A DNA stretch of 50,126 bases, filler included, from Catajapyx aquilonaris (lineage: Eukaryota), in the NCBI GenBank assembly GCA_000934665.2. It is 2 parts of 2 records of this genome, joined end to end, with 100 filler letters (N's around TTAATTAATTAA, not from the genome) between each part and the next. Parts side by side here need not be neighbours in the genome. Positions count along the whole stretch, not along the records: positions 1 to 24,936 come from JYFJ02005447.1; positions 25,037 to 50,126 come from JYFJ02005448.1. One strand, written 5' to 3'. Below, in pieces: positions 20,296 through 33,682 of the stretch; positions within the stretch are counted from its first letter, which is position 1; every line of letters begins with the position of its first letter. The translations under genes were made by a program, and so were the position numbers. Under the pieces are notes generated by a model, which made no database searches, was not told where the DNA came from, and worked only from the letters and a program-made list of their open reading frames with translations.

Positions 20296-23200
20296 TATAG
20301 TTCCTTAAATTCACAGGCTCCTATACTCGGATTACTTTGGGCAGCACAGGTTCATATTGCAAATTTGCTCTATTCAGACCCCTCTATATACGCTCCTTAT
20401 AGGCCGGTTATTCACATCCCGACAAGTACACACGATGCATCATATATTATTTTGTCAGGACAAACTACAAAGAGCTTATTTCTCTGCTCAAGCTGAATAA
20501 TCTAACTGCGTCAACCATATAAGTCTTTCAAAAGCAGCTATAGCATCTACCTATAATAAGCCTATCCATATCAGTACGCAAGACACTTCCTCAGAGTTGT
20601 TTCTTTTCACCCATAAAAATATGAATCAGTCAATCAACCAGTAGACTTATTAGGTAGGTTGTGAGAAACCTCTCTTCAATTGTTACATGATGTGGCACTG
20701 TATTACTGAAGAACAACAAATACGTTAGGTGGCGTTTTTTTAAATTCCCTAGAAACTTCTCATACACAAAAATGCAAGGATGTAGTCAGCAGGAAAATCA
20801 GCTTTTACATGCGAGTGTAACTAAAACTGTAACCTTACCTTTCTGACTTGCATGTTGGCAGGTCAGGCTGATGAACGGTGCGCCACAAATCGGAAACCTA
20901 CCAACAAACATTTACCTTCCCACAACCAGTGACAACCAGAGAAGGGTCACAATATCAACAATGCAACAAAAAATTAAAGACATTGAAAGTGCCCTTCTCT
21001 GTTTGTCACTATCACATGAGCGTAGCAGGTTCAGCAATTACATACACTGCAGCGTGTCCTCAAAGGCAAATTTATTACTATCTTCATAATCCTCATTATC
21101 AGCAGCAATCATCACCATTATTGTTATTGTTATGTGGCACTCAATATCTGCACTGTACACATCCTTTTTAACAGGGAAACGGAAACAGGGAACATGGAAG
21201 GTAACTTTGAAAAACGTTTGGTAAGCCTCTATATAGCCTAAATCTACAAAACGTAACAACGATGCACATCATTCATTTTGGACAACGGGAATAAGTTTTG
21301 AGGTGAGGGTACAGAGGGGCATATACAGTCACCACTTTCACCGGATCCGACTGGGGGGAGCATAGGCGCTTGTGCCATCTTTAACCCTATCATTACGGGT
21401 GGGTGCCAAGCACTTGCACTCTCTGCCCCCCACCCCCTCTCCCCCCCAGAATAATATTATGCCAGCAAAAGGATGCATTTTTTTTAGCTCACTTTGGATG
21501 TGCCTCCAGCTGTGGTCAAACATATGTCAAATACTATGTGTACGTTTCAATAAGAGACAGGGGCGCCTGGGAGAAGGGCCAATCTGAGCCTGAGATTGCA
21601 GAGCAGTGAATTCAATGATACCGGTAGCTCATAGTATGTCCCCTTATTGGCAGTTTGTCTCGACTACTTAAGGAAATTATCTCAATAATTATTATTATAT
21701 AATATTCTGACTCCTTTCATCCAAATATGACCAAAAATGCAAGTTATTACAGTATTTAGCATAAATTGAGAGGTGCCAAGAACTGGCAAATAAGTTTTAT
21801 TTAGTCAAAAATAATATCACTATGTGCCTCCTCGTCGTACTGAGGTAGACATACATAAAATTTAAATAAAAAAATTTACAAATTAAAAAACCATAAAATG
21901 TGCGACTTTCATATAGAAATTGCTATAGCAGTGATTGTTACATTTCTCTCCAGGTTTAAAAAAAACACAACCTTATTTGAAACCTTATTAATTATTTTAA
22001 CTGAGGGATTGAACGCGTAGGAAGTTCAGTCATAATTCGAGCTTTGGTGAACAACAAGCGAGTAACAGCCGGCGTGTAGAAGTGAGCTATGTAATTAGTA
22101 AGAATAGAAGTGATGAGATATTATTGCGCAATGTCCGTCGCTCTCTTCAGTGTGAACGTGTTTTTGTGAGACGAAGAAAAAAGCCTTCAGACATTCGAGC
22201 TTGTTGGTTGTGCGAGGCCAACGTTGAGCGAGGGTCAAGACTAGCGCTCATTTCACGGTCAAACTACTAACATCAGAAGGTACAGGAGCAAGAAGGATTC
22301 ATTTGTGCATTTTTTCGTATGGATTTGGTCCAGTCTAACGTGGGTACCATCAGATACTACTAAGCTTTTTCGACTACCTTTACATATTATGCGCATGAGT
22401 ATTTTTGGCTTTCGTCAGTTGTTAAGATTAAATAAATTGAATATAAACACAATTCACAACACTATAAATGCAGAGAAGAAAAGCACACCACAAGAACTGC
22501 AACCTCCTGCACGTCAGAGGGGAGGGAAAATACATAAAAAATTTGGGTAACATACTGCAGTTTGACCCACGAATCGTCAGGACCTATCGAAACCGAATTG
22601 TGCTTCTAGACCACCTACACTGAGGGCTTAACTCTGAATGCAGATCTACCTAAAAGCATCAACGTAACTATCAAATATGGCACACTACAACACCAATGGC
22701 AACAGTGGGGAAACAAACAAACAAAATGTACCCATTGTGGTGATTTCGTCGCTTAAGACATGATACACATATATGCACGTACGCAAGTATACACTCACTC
22801 AAACACACACGGTGGGTCAGGCTCATAATCATGGAAACAGGACAGACAGGAAGGGGACTAGGTAAAATTTTCTTTTTAATATGTAGACAGAGGGGTCAAA
22901 TTTTGGTATAAATCCTTGTGGAGGCGACACAGGAACAGCGCAATAAAGTCTTGGAGGGAAACCAAAGGCTCTGGATGAGGAGGGACTAGGTATGTCCTCT
23001 TCGGCCTTCCAGTGATGCTTCCACCACGGCTGCAAGAACCAATACTGTATACATCGTATCTGCAATTTTTCACTCCTAAACTCACCATTCGGCCGAGAAG
23101 AGCGTCAAAAAAAGAACAGGTTCATCTCGGCCACAAAACGCCTCATTGTATGACGCAGTTCCGCTCGCTCCTCCACTGCCCGCTCTCCTGCTGACCTCCG

Positions 23201-23323
23201 GTCACCCGACTCACCTTCTTCTCAATCTCATCATCATCCTCCAGCCTGCAATGACCAACACTGCATGTACAGAGCTCTGGTCTATCGTCTTGCGACCAGC
23301 CCCCTGACACTTATAGAGACCTC

Positions 23324-23761
23324 CGTGAGTTTACTTGCTTTCCGATTTGGACGACTCTTTGCACTGTACAGTGTCGGACATTAATCGCGTCATACAGCTT
23401 GCGACATTTCTGTTGCGGCAGAAGTGCAAATCGAAGTGATAAAGTGTGAGCCGTGCGAGTAAGAAGAGGTAGAGGTAGGTGAGTGACGTCACCGGCTGGG
23501 GGGCAATGGAGAAAAGGCCTGTCCCCAGCCAGTGACGTCACCCAAGGGCTACCATTTCTTACTCGCACGGGTCACACTCTATCACTTCGATTTGCACGTC
23601 TGCCGCATCGGAAAATGTCGCTAGCAGTATGACGGAATTAATGTGCACTGTACCAACACGTTCGCACAGTCGTCCGCAGGAACCCCCTTAGGAACTGTGG
23701 AGCGACACCAGCGCCAAATCGGAAACCCCCACCGAGGTGGGAGAGATCAAGTAAGCCCACG
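23324..23761. mobile_element. Foldback (long inverted repeat) element
   Basis: Core arms 23378-23501 and 23523-23644 are reverse complements with scattered mismatches and a ~21-nt loop. Outer homology continues to 23324 and 23761. Confidence 0.75.
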
Positions 23762-24936
23762 CAAAATGAGGGAGTGTCGCGACCTGAGTATTATAAGACC
23801 ATAATCGCGACTGTACCACTACAACATCATTCCATATACGTTAAGCAAACTGTCCGCAATAATATTCTGCCCATACATCTTACACCCCCCTGCAGCCTAT
23901 ACACTCGGCCGCATTGTGTCGGCGATGTTGCGTGTGCAGTCAGCAACTTGGTCTGCTGATCCTTGTGTGCAATGGAGCCGAAAGGAATCAGGCCCGAATT
24001 CCAAAAAGCCTTTTCGGAATTAATCCCCGCGTCCGCTCGACGGCTCGGAAGCGCACAAGCCGCCTTGCATTTCCTCCGCTTGCTTAGTTCTCCGGCGAGG
24101 GGGCTTCCGACCATGGAAAAGGAAAGGCGGAGGATGCAACCCTTTATGCCTCCTACTCAAAATGTTTTTCCAAAAGGAGGAACACCCTCTCTCTAAGAGC
24201 CGGATCATAATATATACCCGCCGTGAGAACCACCCCAAATTTTCTATTCGCAACATCGCACGTGCCAACTAGAAAATTTTCCATATAAAATAATCTATTG
24301 TTCCCTTAGACGTGTTCAACCCCCGTAATTATTGCAGCTCTAACGCAATACTTGAGTGGATACATCCAACGACTTTGCGTTTTTATTCAAAAGTGCCAGC
24401 TTCCCCCCCCCCCCTCCAGTTCCCTATCACTATCCCCTTCCCCCTCTAGGCGATAAATTCTCCTCTTTTTTGAGGCCTCCAGGATCTAAATCAGACTTAG
24501 CCACAGGGCTGCAAGGAAGTTGGGATGATTTTGGGATGGCTTTTCTTGCGGACCAACTGCTCCCAATCTTCTGCCGGATCATTCGCGTCTCCATCTCTTC
24601 TCCAGCCCTTTCCGCCAGCTCCCCTATACACCATATTGAATTTATATATATATATATATATAATCTAAAGCATTTCCTCTCCAATCTAACAGATATCGCT
24701 CTGTGGCCAAACACATCGGACCTGTCCATTTCCGTTACTCCCGCCAAACCTTGTCGCGCTGACTGGACACCCTAGATAAATAAAAGAAACAATATGTCGA
24801 CTTTCCCCCGCAATGTTCAAGGAAGCTTAGTGAATGAAAAGGCAAGCACAGGGTGCGGATGCTGGGAATCGGGTGAAAATAGAGGACTGGGTGGGGTTGG
24901 TGAGGAGGGGGTAGGATGGGGGTGTGTGTGAGGGGG

Positions 24937-25036
24937 NNNNNNNNNNNNNNNNNNNNNNNNNNNNNNNNNNNNNNNNNNNNTTAATTAATTAANNNNNNNN
25001 NNNNNNNNNNNNNNNNNNNNNNNNNNNNNNNNNNNN
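24937..25036. other. Artificial assembly gap spacer N44-TTAATTAATTAA-N44
   Basis: Exactly 100 nt and symmetric. The central 12-mer gives stop codons in all six frames. Both flanks are G runs. Confidence 0.95.
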
Positions 25037-25162
25037 GGGGGGGGGAGAGAAAAGGGATGTTATTTTCTTTTTTCTTTTTTTAAACGTAGAGCTTGTAGTT
25101 CTTCCAATCGACACTAGAGAGCAGGCTGTTTTAAGCGGTGACTAGCGGCGAAAATTGGAACT

Positions 25163-26210
25163 ATGCTGAGATACGGTGGATACGGTATTTTGTTGGCTAT
25201 GGCGGACACCATGGGCGATGACGACGGTGTAGAAGGCACAACCACTATTGCTGATGCAAATAAGGGGACTAGAAAACGACAACAACGTGCGGCAAGTGAT
25301 GAGCGGAAAAAGAAGGCGGCCAGATACGCAGTCGACCCACAGCTTCCCGGCCCACAAAAGGTGCCCTGCCACCATCACAAAGATGTCCCAAAAGATGAGC
25401 CGAAGAGTGTGTACCAGTGCGCTGACCTTCGAGTGAGTGACATTGCCAAATTTCGGGAAAACCTCTTCCGATATCCTGACAAAATTCGGCAGGACAACTT
25501 CATCCTTATGAACTGCAGTGGCGTCAGTGTACAGCGGAGGCGTGCAGAAGACCCCAAGCGTTCACGAGTGTGTGCTAACGAATACAAGGTCCCTAAAATT
25601 TCTGGGAGGAAGGTACGTGTGTGCAAAGCCACATTCTTGGCTATTATCGCACCAATTGGTCGCAACAGGTTGGATGGGATCCTTGCAAGGCATTTTCATT
25701 CCGGGAGTGTGGCAGTGGAGAACAGAGGAGGGGACCACGTCTCTGGCAGAAGTTCAGAGAAGAAGAAGAAGAAAGTGTGTGAGTTCCTTGGCAGATTGAA
25801 GAACATTAAATTTGTACATGAGCTGTACTGCTCCACTGTTTCTCCTGAGTACGCAGTGACATATACCATGTTTTATCGAATATTTTCTCAACACCTCCCT
25901 CTGACACCAAGTCAGCAGATGTCATAAGTGGAAAAAAAAAAAAAAACAGCTGAAGGTTCATAATAAGCTACGAGCTAAGGCATTGGTCGATCCATTTCCA
26001 TCGGAGTGAGAGGCGAGCCTTACTACACCTCGGACACTCCTTCCTACGTGTCATTGCGGAAGAAGCGAGAGGCATTCCATGCTCCAGCCTACTCCGACTG
26101 TACTCCGTCGACCAATTCCAGAGGCAAAGAAGAAGGACATTGTCAAGCTGCTTCGAACTGCCTACATATGGGGAATCCTGGGAGAGCAATGATCTGCTGA
26201 AAGTTTTTCG
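25163..26210 (+). pseudogene. Internally deleted, frameshifted DNA transposase remnant, Chapaev/CMC-like
   Basis: Intronless 254-aa ORF with motifs recalled from Chapaev-type transposases (RVCKATFL..IGRNRL, ENRGGDH, NIKFVHELY, VTYTMFYRIF). Downstream out-of-frame pieces VRGEPYY and IPEAKKKDIVKLL. No catalytic core or TIRs found. Confidence 0.6.
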
Positions 26211-26664
26211 AAACCTGGTCACTGTCCCTTCTGAAGGTGATGACACCCAGAGGCCTCCAGAGGAGTGTCAATGTGGTGACGACGATATGGGGGTTTCAAT
26301 TTAGTCACACTATTACCTTCTTTGAATCCTTGTGAAAATAAAGATAATACTACGATTTTCATGCAAAATCAGATATATCCATTTTTTAACAATGCCCTAC
26401 CCAACAATGACAATCATATTGAAGTAAAACAATTGTGTCTAGGTACACAATGGCCATCCCAATAGCATACTGTCCATGACAACTGCACAACCACTTCTGC
26501 CACCAGCATTGATTAATGACTTATTTGCCACTCCTGAAAAATTGCCTATTTAGGATTTATCAGGATTTGCTTGCAAGCTCCTCATTTGTTGGTACAATAA
26601 ATTAATATAGTGTAAGTTTACGAGTTTTAATTTACAAGTGGTGTGTATACATGCATAGTGAGTG

Positions 26665-28410
26665 TCATATGTGGCATGCAGGGTGCTCACTGTGTTTGCC
26701 GTCATGATCCTCGGCTGACACTTCGTCAAGCGGGATGTTTCCCCTAAAATAATAAGTGATATATCATTAGTTGCCATTGCATAATTATAAAGGTAGGTAA
26801 TAATAAATAAAATAAAATAAATAAAAATTCCAGGCAGACACCAACGAATTAATGAAATTATTCCATGCCCATCCAAACAGTAATTGTGAACAACATGACA
26901 ATTATATTCGATTCTAATAATTAATCGAAAATAGAGCAAAATTACATAAGAGTGGATGGATGGCTTTACTTTGAATGGGGACAAAATGTAAATGACTATG
27001 TGCACAATAAATGCCGACATACTTGTATAAAAAGTAGTGCTGGATAAAGAAGGGGACATCAAACAGGAGAGACACCAGCCCAAGACCAAACTTTGTGAAG
27101 TCACCAAATATCTCTGTCCAGTCATCTGCCAAAGATAAAGATTGCACTAATTAAATAGACATTTTCTTTAAATTTCTAGTTTTACTCTACAGGAAAAGAT
27201 GGTTGTAACTTTTACTGTTTTACAGGTGGAAATATTTCTATGATATGCACTGCAATATCTCCAAACATATAATTATGTGCAAAACAATTCAAACAGGTCC
27301 AATGAACCCAAGTAGTTTAATTAGTACAGATGAGACTAAAGTTACTGTGTATAGCTGCTCATATGAGCCAATGAGTGCCCACAAAAAAATTCAGGCATAA
27401 CTTTTTCACTGCACCATTCATCTGGCATGCCCCACACCTGAAGAAGCTCCTATTGTTGTTATCCACCATAAAAGTTTCACCATCTAAAGTGCACTTACCA
27501 TTATTGTATGAAGTCATTAACATCTGGAGGATGCTGAAAGTTCCTCCAAGGAAGTCAATCCAAATTCCAGTAATGTTCCAACCATGTGTGCTCTTTCTCT
27601 TGAAGTTCATGTACATTTGTGGAACGTACTTTATGAAAGTTATTCCCAATTTAATATTTGCACAGACCATCAGGAAAGTCAGCCATTGTATAACACTTGC
27701 AGCTGCCAAAATCAAGCACACCACAAAGGTCACTGCAATGCAACCCAGGATGATGAGCGTAGATTTGGAAATTGTTTGGTTCCCTCTCTGCAAAAATACA
27801 TTATTAAAATATTAATTCATTAATTACACTCCACTACCCTGTATTACATGCAGGTGCATGGTTTTAAATCTTACATCATAGATTAGGCACTGCACAACAC
27901 CAACAGTTGCAGCAAGAACTGAATGCAAGGTGAAGATGACATCATTAAGCTGAACTGGATTTACTGCATGTGGTCTTGTACGAAAGTATTCACTCTGAAA
28001 AAATATGCATCACAGTTATAATAAATTGTGGACTGATCACAGGTCATGGGAACCTCATATATAACATTGAATACCAGCATATTTAACTGCTCTATTTTAG
28101 TGAGATGCAATATCATGTGGGATGTGGCCATGTAATATTATTTGGTGCATGCATGTCATAGGTATATAGATAATTTGAGCTGAGCCTTTCTCATGCCACC
28201 TGCATTATAGGCAGCTTCTTATTCCTTGCGTCTAGGAGACTCCCTAAAAAATAAAGTCATGGTGGTAGTGGTGTATGTGTGTACTGTACCTGCACTTCAG
28301 GAATCCAAAACAGGCCCACATTGAATAGGTTGTATAGAAAAAATCCTGTTTCACGCAGAGCCACCAGGTCGAGGCTCAAGCCCACAACACTGAAAACGAA
28401 GGGAATATTA

Positions 28411-28475
<65 letters not shown>

Positions 28476-30425
28476 AGTATATTCGTCACTGCCTTGATCC
28501 CATTCAGCGGTGACCAGTGATGACCAGATACATGCATCTGGCCATCTCGTTTGACCAATAGCCTACTGTTGGACGTGGATTTAGCAATCCCCTATCTTAA
28601 CGAGTCACACCTCACACGAGTATTAGTATTGCCACATTGGGCATAACAAGCTGACTTTACGTGTGCAATAGGAGGATTTCCTCATATTGTCATTCACAGT
28701 CCAGTATATAAGCATAACTTCTTGAAAGGACTAGTACCTGGACACAGGCTAGGTGACTCACGATTGGTAATGTAGCTGCTTGAATTAACCTGTAAGGCTG
28801 GCTCTTGGCCAGGCCTATGTTGAGATAACATCTAATTAATTGGAATTCTTGTGTAGCTTGAGTAACGTTGTGCTGCAACTATTTTCTAAAAACATTTGTA
28901 ATAATATCGACATTAAATTCATTTAAGACAACCCTACGAAAAGATTATTTGAACCTTCACACTTCATAAACCTGACTATGACAATACAATGAACCCTCAG
29001 GTGACTGGTCAGGCCATCCAGAGATCATAATGGATGATAAAATAAAGGGATCATTAGTATACTATTTATTATAGTACATGTACTTTGCTTTAACTTTGTG
29101 CCACATGTGGCTAATTCTGGACATGTATAAGCCATTGTGTATTTTCATGGATTCTTGTGAGAAATTGTGTTGCTGTATCATTTCTCCACTATGTATCCCA
29201 ATAATACTTTAATAATGCAACCTAGTCATACGTACACATATAAGGAGTTCCTCTTGAACCTTCACAGACAACTATTTTTGTCAAGTAAATTTTCACAGCA
29301 ATGATAGAAAAGGGTTTGTCCCTTGAATTGCTAACATAATTATATGTAATGAGAATTATTTTAGCATTGTTTTTATCTACAGCATCCAACTACTACTACT
29401 CAAAATATGGGCATGTGTGAATCATAGCATATAAAGTCTCCATGAAAATCATTATTACCGAAACAACTTTTACAGATTCTTTAACAGATCTATTAAAGGT
29501 TACCTTTTCCATCGCCAGTTATCGTAGATTTGGGGATACCATGAGACTGTCCAGGCTACAAAATAGATCCAGCCCACTACATCACTCACAATTTGAAGTG
29601 ATTTGTAATGCACAACTGTGACTCTAACGAAACAACCAGGGTACCTTGAGAGGGAGAGAGAGAAAAAAAAGGATGAAGGACTAATGATTAATGGAATCCA
29701 AAGCAAACAAAAAGAGTGGAACATTCATAATATCTACAGAATTTTAATTAAATGCTTCTTGATTGAAACTTAAAAGTGACTGCTTCATTTCAAATTTAAA
29801 AGGAATAATTTCAATACTCAATTGACTTGGTGATTACATTATGAACATTTAACTACATTAACATCACATTTGGGATGATGCACTCACTCATCAATATCTG
29901 TAGTCCTCATGAAGACACTGACCATAACGTTCCCTGCCTGTTCCCCGTGGACTGTGATGCTGACACTCATAGTGTCATTGATGACTGTGATGCAGGGAAT
30001 GTGAGAAATTATCCCATAATTGCTTTCATTAAAACAAATTGCAACATTGTCATAATTTTGCAGGGTCCTAAAAATGCATGAAACCATGTTTTTAAAATAT
30101 GTTACACAAATCAAATAAATACAGTACTGTACGAAATCCATCAGATGTGATTACTCTCAAGGGAAGTGACATGATTTATTTTCACATGACAGATAGAATC
30201 CATTTAATCGTTATCAAATTTTCTACTAGTACGATTTTATACAAGGCTGATTAAGAAATGCTAAAATCTCACCTGGTGTATAATAAATTAAAGGAAACGT
30301 TCTTGTCAACCTCCACGTAGAGATCTTGGCTGCCCACATCAACCTTTCCTAAACTTTCTTTCATAAAAATAAAACCAAATATGTTGATATAATAATAGTA
30401 ACAATGATGATGATGATGATTAATA

Positions 30426-30459
<34 letters not shown>

Positions 30460-30573
30460 CGACGACGATAATAAATTTTTACCTCTACTGTTTTTGTCAA
30501 TTGCTTCTGATCCATGCCATTGAAAACTCCACACCAAAATCACTACTAATAAATATTCACATGCCAGCAGCAT
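26665..30573 (-). CDS. CTNS: Cystinosin-like PQ-loop transporter, derived paralog A, 392 aa
   Basis: complement join(30483..30573,30273..30348,29888..30067,29504..29644,28290..28389,27875..27994,27499..27787,27023..27125,26665..26743), 1179 nt in frame. Signal-peptide-like start. [54 protein letters not shown]. Last exon assigned by phase and similarity to the other copies. Confidence 0.9.
28407..28472. repeat. (TAT)n microsatellite in CTNS-A intron 4
   Basis: Read directly; lies about 16 nt from the acceptor. Confidence 0.9.
30405..30470. repeat. (GAT)n/(GAC)n microsatellite in CTNS-A intron 1
   Basis: Read directly. Confidence 0.9.
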
Positions 30574-30613
30574 CTTTAAGCGTGACACAGGGTTAATGTC
30601 ACACTAGTGTACG

Positions 30614-30708
30614 TGATAAAATGGCAATGCTACACCCTCCAAGATAAGATAATAAACATGAAAATCAATCTGATTGATAAAATAAATTTTTAAGAAGATA
30701 AACTATCT
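30614..30708. promoter_or_regulatory. GATA-site cluster upstream of CTNS paralog A
   Basis: WGATAA at 30614, 30642, 30647, 30675 and 30696, plus CTATCT at 30703, all within 95 bp and 40-135 nt before the ATG. Confidence 0.45.
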
Positions 30709-32122
30709 CGTACGTGTCTGTACATCTCTTCATTGCATTGCAAAGTCAATGAACACCCAAGTTCACTGTGATGAACCTAATTTAACGGGAACTTCCCACT
30801 TTGGACTATTAATTTTAACTCCTCTGACTCACTCATGCAGTCAATGCAATACATGATTGTTATCAATTACTATTTGGAAATAACAGCTCAGGAGTATATG
30901 AGAAACTCAGAGAATAATTGTTACATAAACTGAGAGGGCAATCTCATCGACATAATAACAGTGGTTATAGGTTTATACTATTTTCGAACTTGTACCATTT
31001 TTTTGGTTGACTTTCTTCTAAAGTTGTTACCTATTAGTTCCTTTGAATTAGAAGTTTTTAAACCATTCACACAAATACACCTTGATAATTTTTAATAACT
31101 CAAAGCATCAATTACACTCACAAGTCAGTGTAAATTTGATCACCTAATGCAAATTAATATAATAGTATAACTTAATAGCGATTATGACAATTACACAATT
31201 ATTGGCACCACTACAGCCTGAATTTTATGCAATAAAAGTAAATAGTTCACATCAATTTCAATTGCCAAATTACAATAACAGGTATAAAAAAAATCCAAAT
31301 TGTCTGAATAGAAGAAATCAGAGAAATCTACTCCATTTTTGCTATGGCAGGAAGCTAACAAGGTCTCAAGTTATGCAAGAAAATGGAAATGAAGCATTAA
31401 CTCTTTCACTCCTGCCCATTAAGGAAATCACATGTGTGTTAAACGTGAAACTGTAATACTGAGAGGTCTGGGCTAACTGTAGTCAAGAACTAAGATGTTT
31501 TCTTTTGAGCCAAGACATAAAGAATCTCCGCATTGCAAATACAATCAACTCTGATTTGGCTAAGTGGATCTGGAAAAACCACACTCTAAAAGTCTAAGTG
31601 GAAAAATAGTGGAAACTAATTCTTTGTGATCATGTGTATCTGCATGAATATCTTCAAAATTTAAGTAGCAGGGCAATTTTCTAAACTAAATTTAATCATG
31701 ATTTTCGACAGTGATATTGAGTCAGTTTCGCTGCTGGTGATTGCACTTGTACTGGCTGTGATTATAAAAATTGGAATCGACAGAGATACTAAGCAACGGA
31801 TGATAAAGTGGAGTATAGTTGATGGAGTAATTCTACACAAAGTAGACATATGGATCTGTAGGCCGGATCTTTTCACATGTAGCATCATCGCTGAGAAAGT
31901 TAATTTGACCTTCAAATAGGATTTGCATTTTCTTCCATGCATATTCAGTAATACTGTACATATTTGGAACAAAAGAGTTAATGCTAACTAATGGATGGTA
32001 GCTTATAAAAATAAAACCTCGATATGCTGCTGAGAAATGCAACATAAATGTAACATGACTTCCTACGTGAGTAACCAAGATTCTGTTATTGAATAAAGGA
32101 ACTTGCACACCAGCAAGAGAAT

Positions 32123-33597
32123 TCAGTCTTTCGAAATCCCAAGATCGCTTGCAATTTCTTGCTGATAAGGAATACTGTCCCTGAAAGAAAGAAAAAAAAA
32201 TCAAAATGGATATAATTTTTTTCCGAGGAAAAGAAAATCTTACAGAAAATCTCATCAAATGTACGCTATTATATTGACAGTTCTCTGCAAAATTAGTTTG
32301 TCACAAATCAAAAAGGTCAGCCAGACCTACAGCATGCTCAATATTAATTTCTTCCAAATCAGGCCATTTGAATAATGCCTAAATAAACCTGCCCACCTGA
32401 TTTAACTTGACACTGCAAAATCGTATGTCACAGTTCATACACCCTATGTGATGTTTCATAATACAAAAATAAAATTTAGCATCATGTTTCTTGCAAGAAG
32501 TAAATAAACTTGTTGCTACTTTCACTACATTTTGATGATTGTGCTCCTGATTATAATGCAAAAGCCAATGTGTCAAAATTACTTGTGAAAGCTGCCCAAT
32601 ATTTTCATGCATGAATATGACTGTGACTTCCATTGAAGCATATTCCATTTTAACTACAGCATGCTGACTCACCCTACATTGCAACTTACTTATACAAGAA
32701 ATAATGCTGCAGGAAAAAGGTGAAATCAAATATTAAGGAGACGAGTCCTAATCCAAACTTGGTGAAATCTCCAAATATTGACGTCCAGTCATCTGAAAAT
32801 GTTAAGATTGTCGCAGACATCATGAAAAATTTCTTCAAACCCAACAACTCACTGTTATTATAACTAATTATGAACATTTGGATCATGCTGAAAGTCCCTC
32901 CTGTGAAATCGAGCCAGATTCCACCAATACTCCAACCTTGTGTGCTCTTCCTCCTGAAGTTCATAAAGGCCTGAGGAGTGTATTTTATGAAGGTTATTCC
33001 CAGTTTAATGTTGGAGCAGACAGTGAGAAAAGTGAGCCACTGGAAAACTGAAGCGGCTGCCAAAATTAAGCACACCATGACTGACACTGCAATTGCTCCT
33101 AGAACCAGGCATATTAATTTCGAAACCTTTTGGTTGCCTCTCTGAAAAGAAACAGGAACATAATTAATAGATATTATTGCAATTTACGCCTTGCATTGTC
33201 TTGAAAGAGCAGCACTCTCCAGTAGAGTTCCATCAGGCTTTTATGCTCTTGTAATGCAACCCAATTGTTAATTACTGCATGTATTTGTAAATATCCTGTA
33301 TACTCACATCATATATCAGGCACTGCACCACAGTGAAAAAGGTAGCAAACGTTGCATGCATTGTGAACACTACATCATTCAATTGGACTGGATTCACAGC
33401 TTGCGGTTTTGTAAGAAAGTATTCTCGCTGTCAATGAAAAAAAACTCCAGTAAGTTAATGAGCAACATTTATCATGACATACTTGTTTACCTGCACTTCA
33501 GGAATCCAAAATAGGCATATGTTGAACAAATTGTACAGAAAAAATCCTGTTTGACTCAAAGCAACAAGGTCAAAGTTGAGACCTACAACACTAAAAG

Positions 33598-33682
<85 letters not shown>

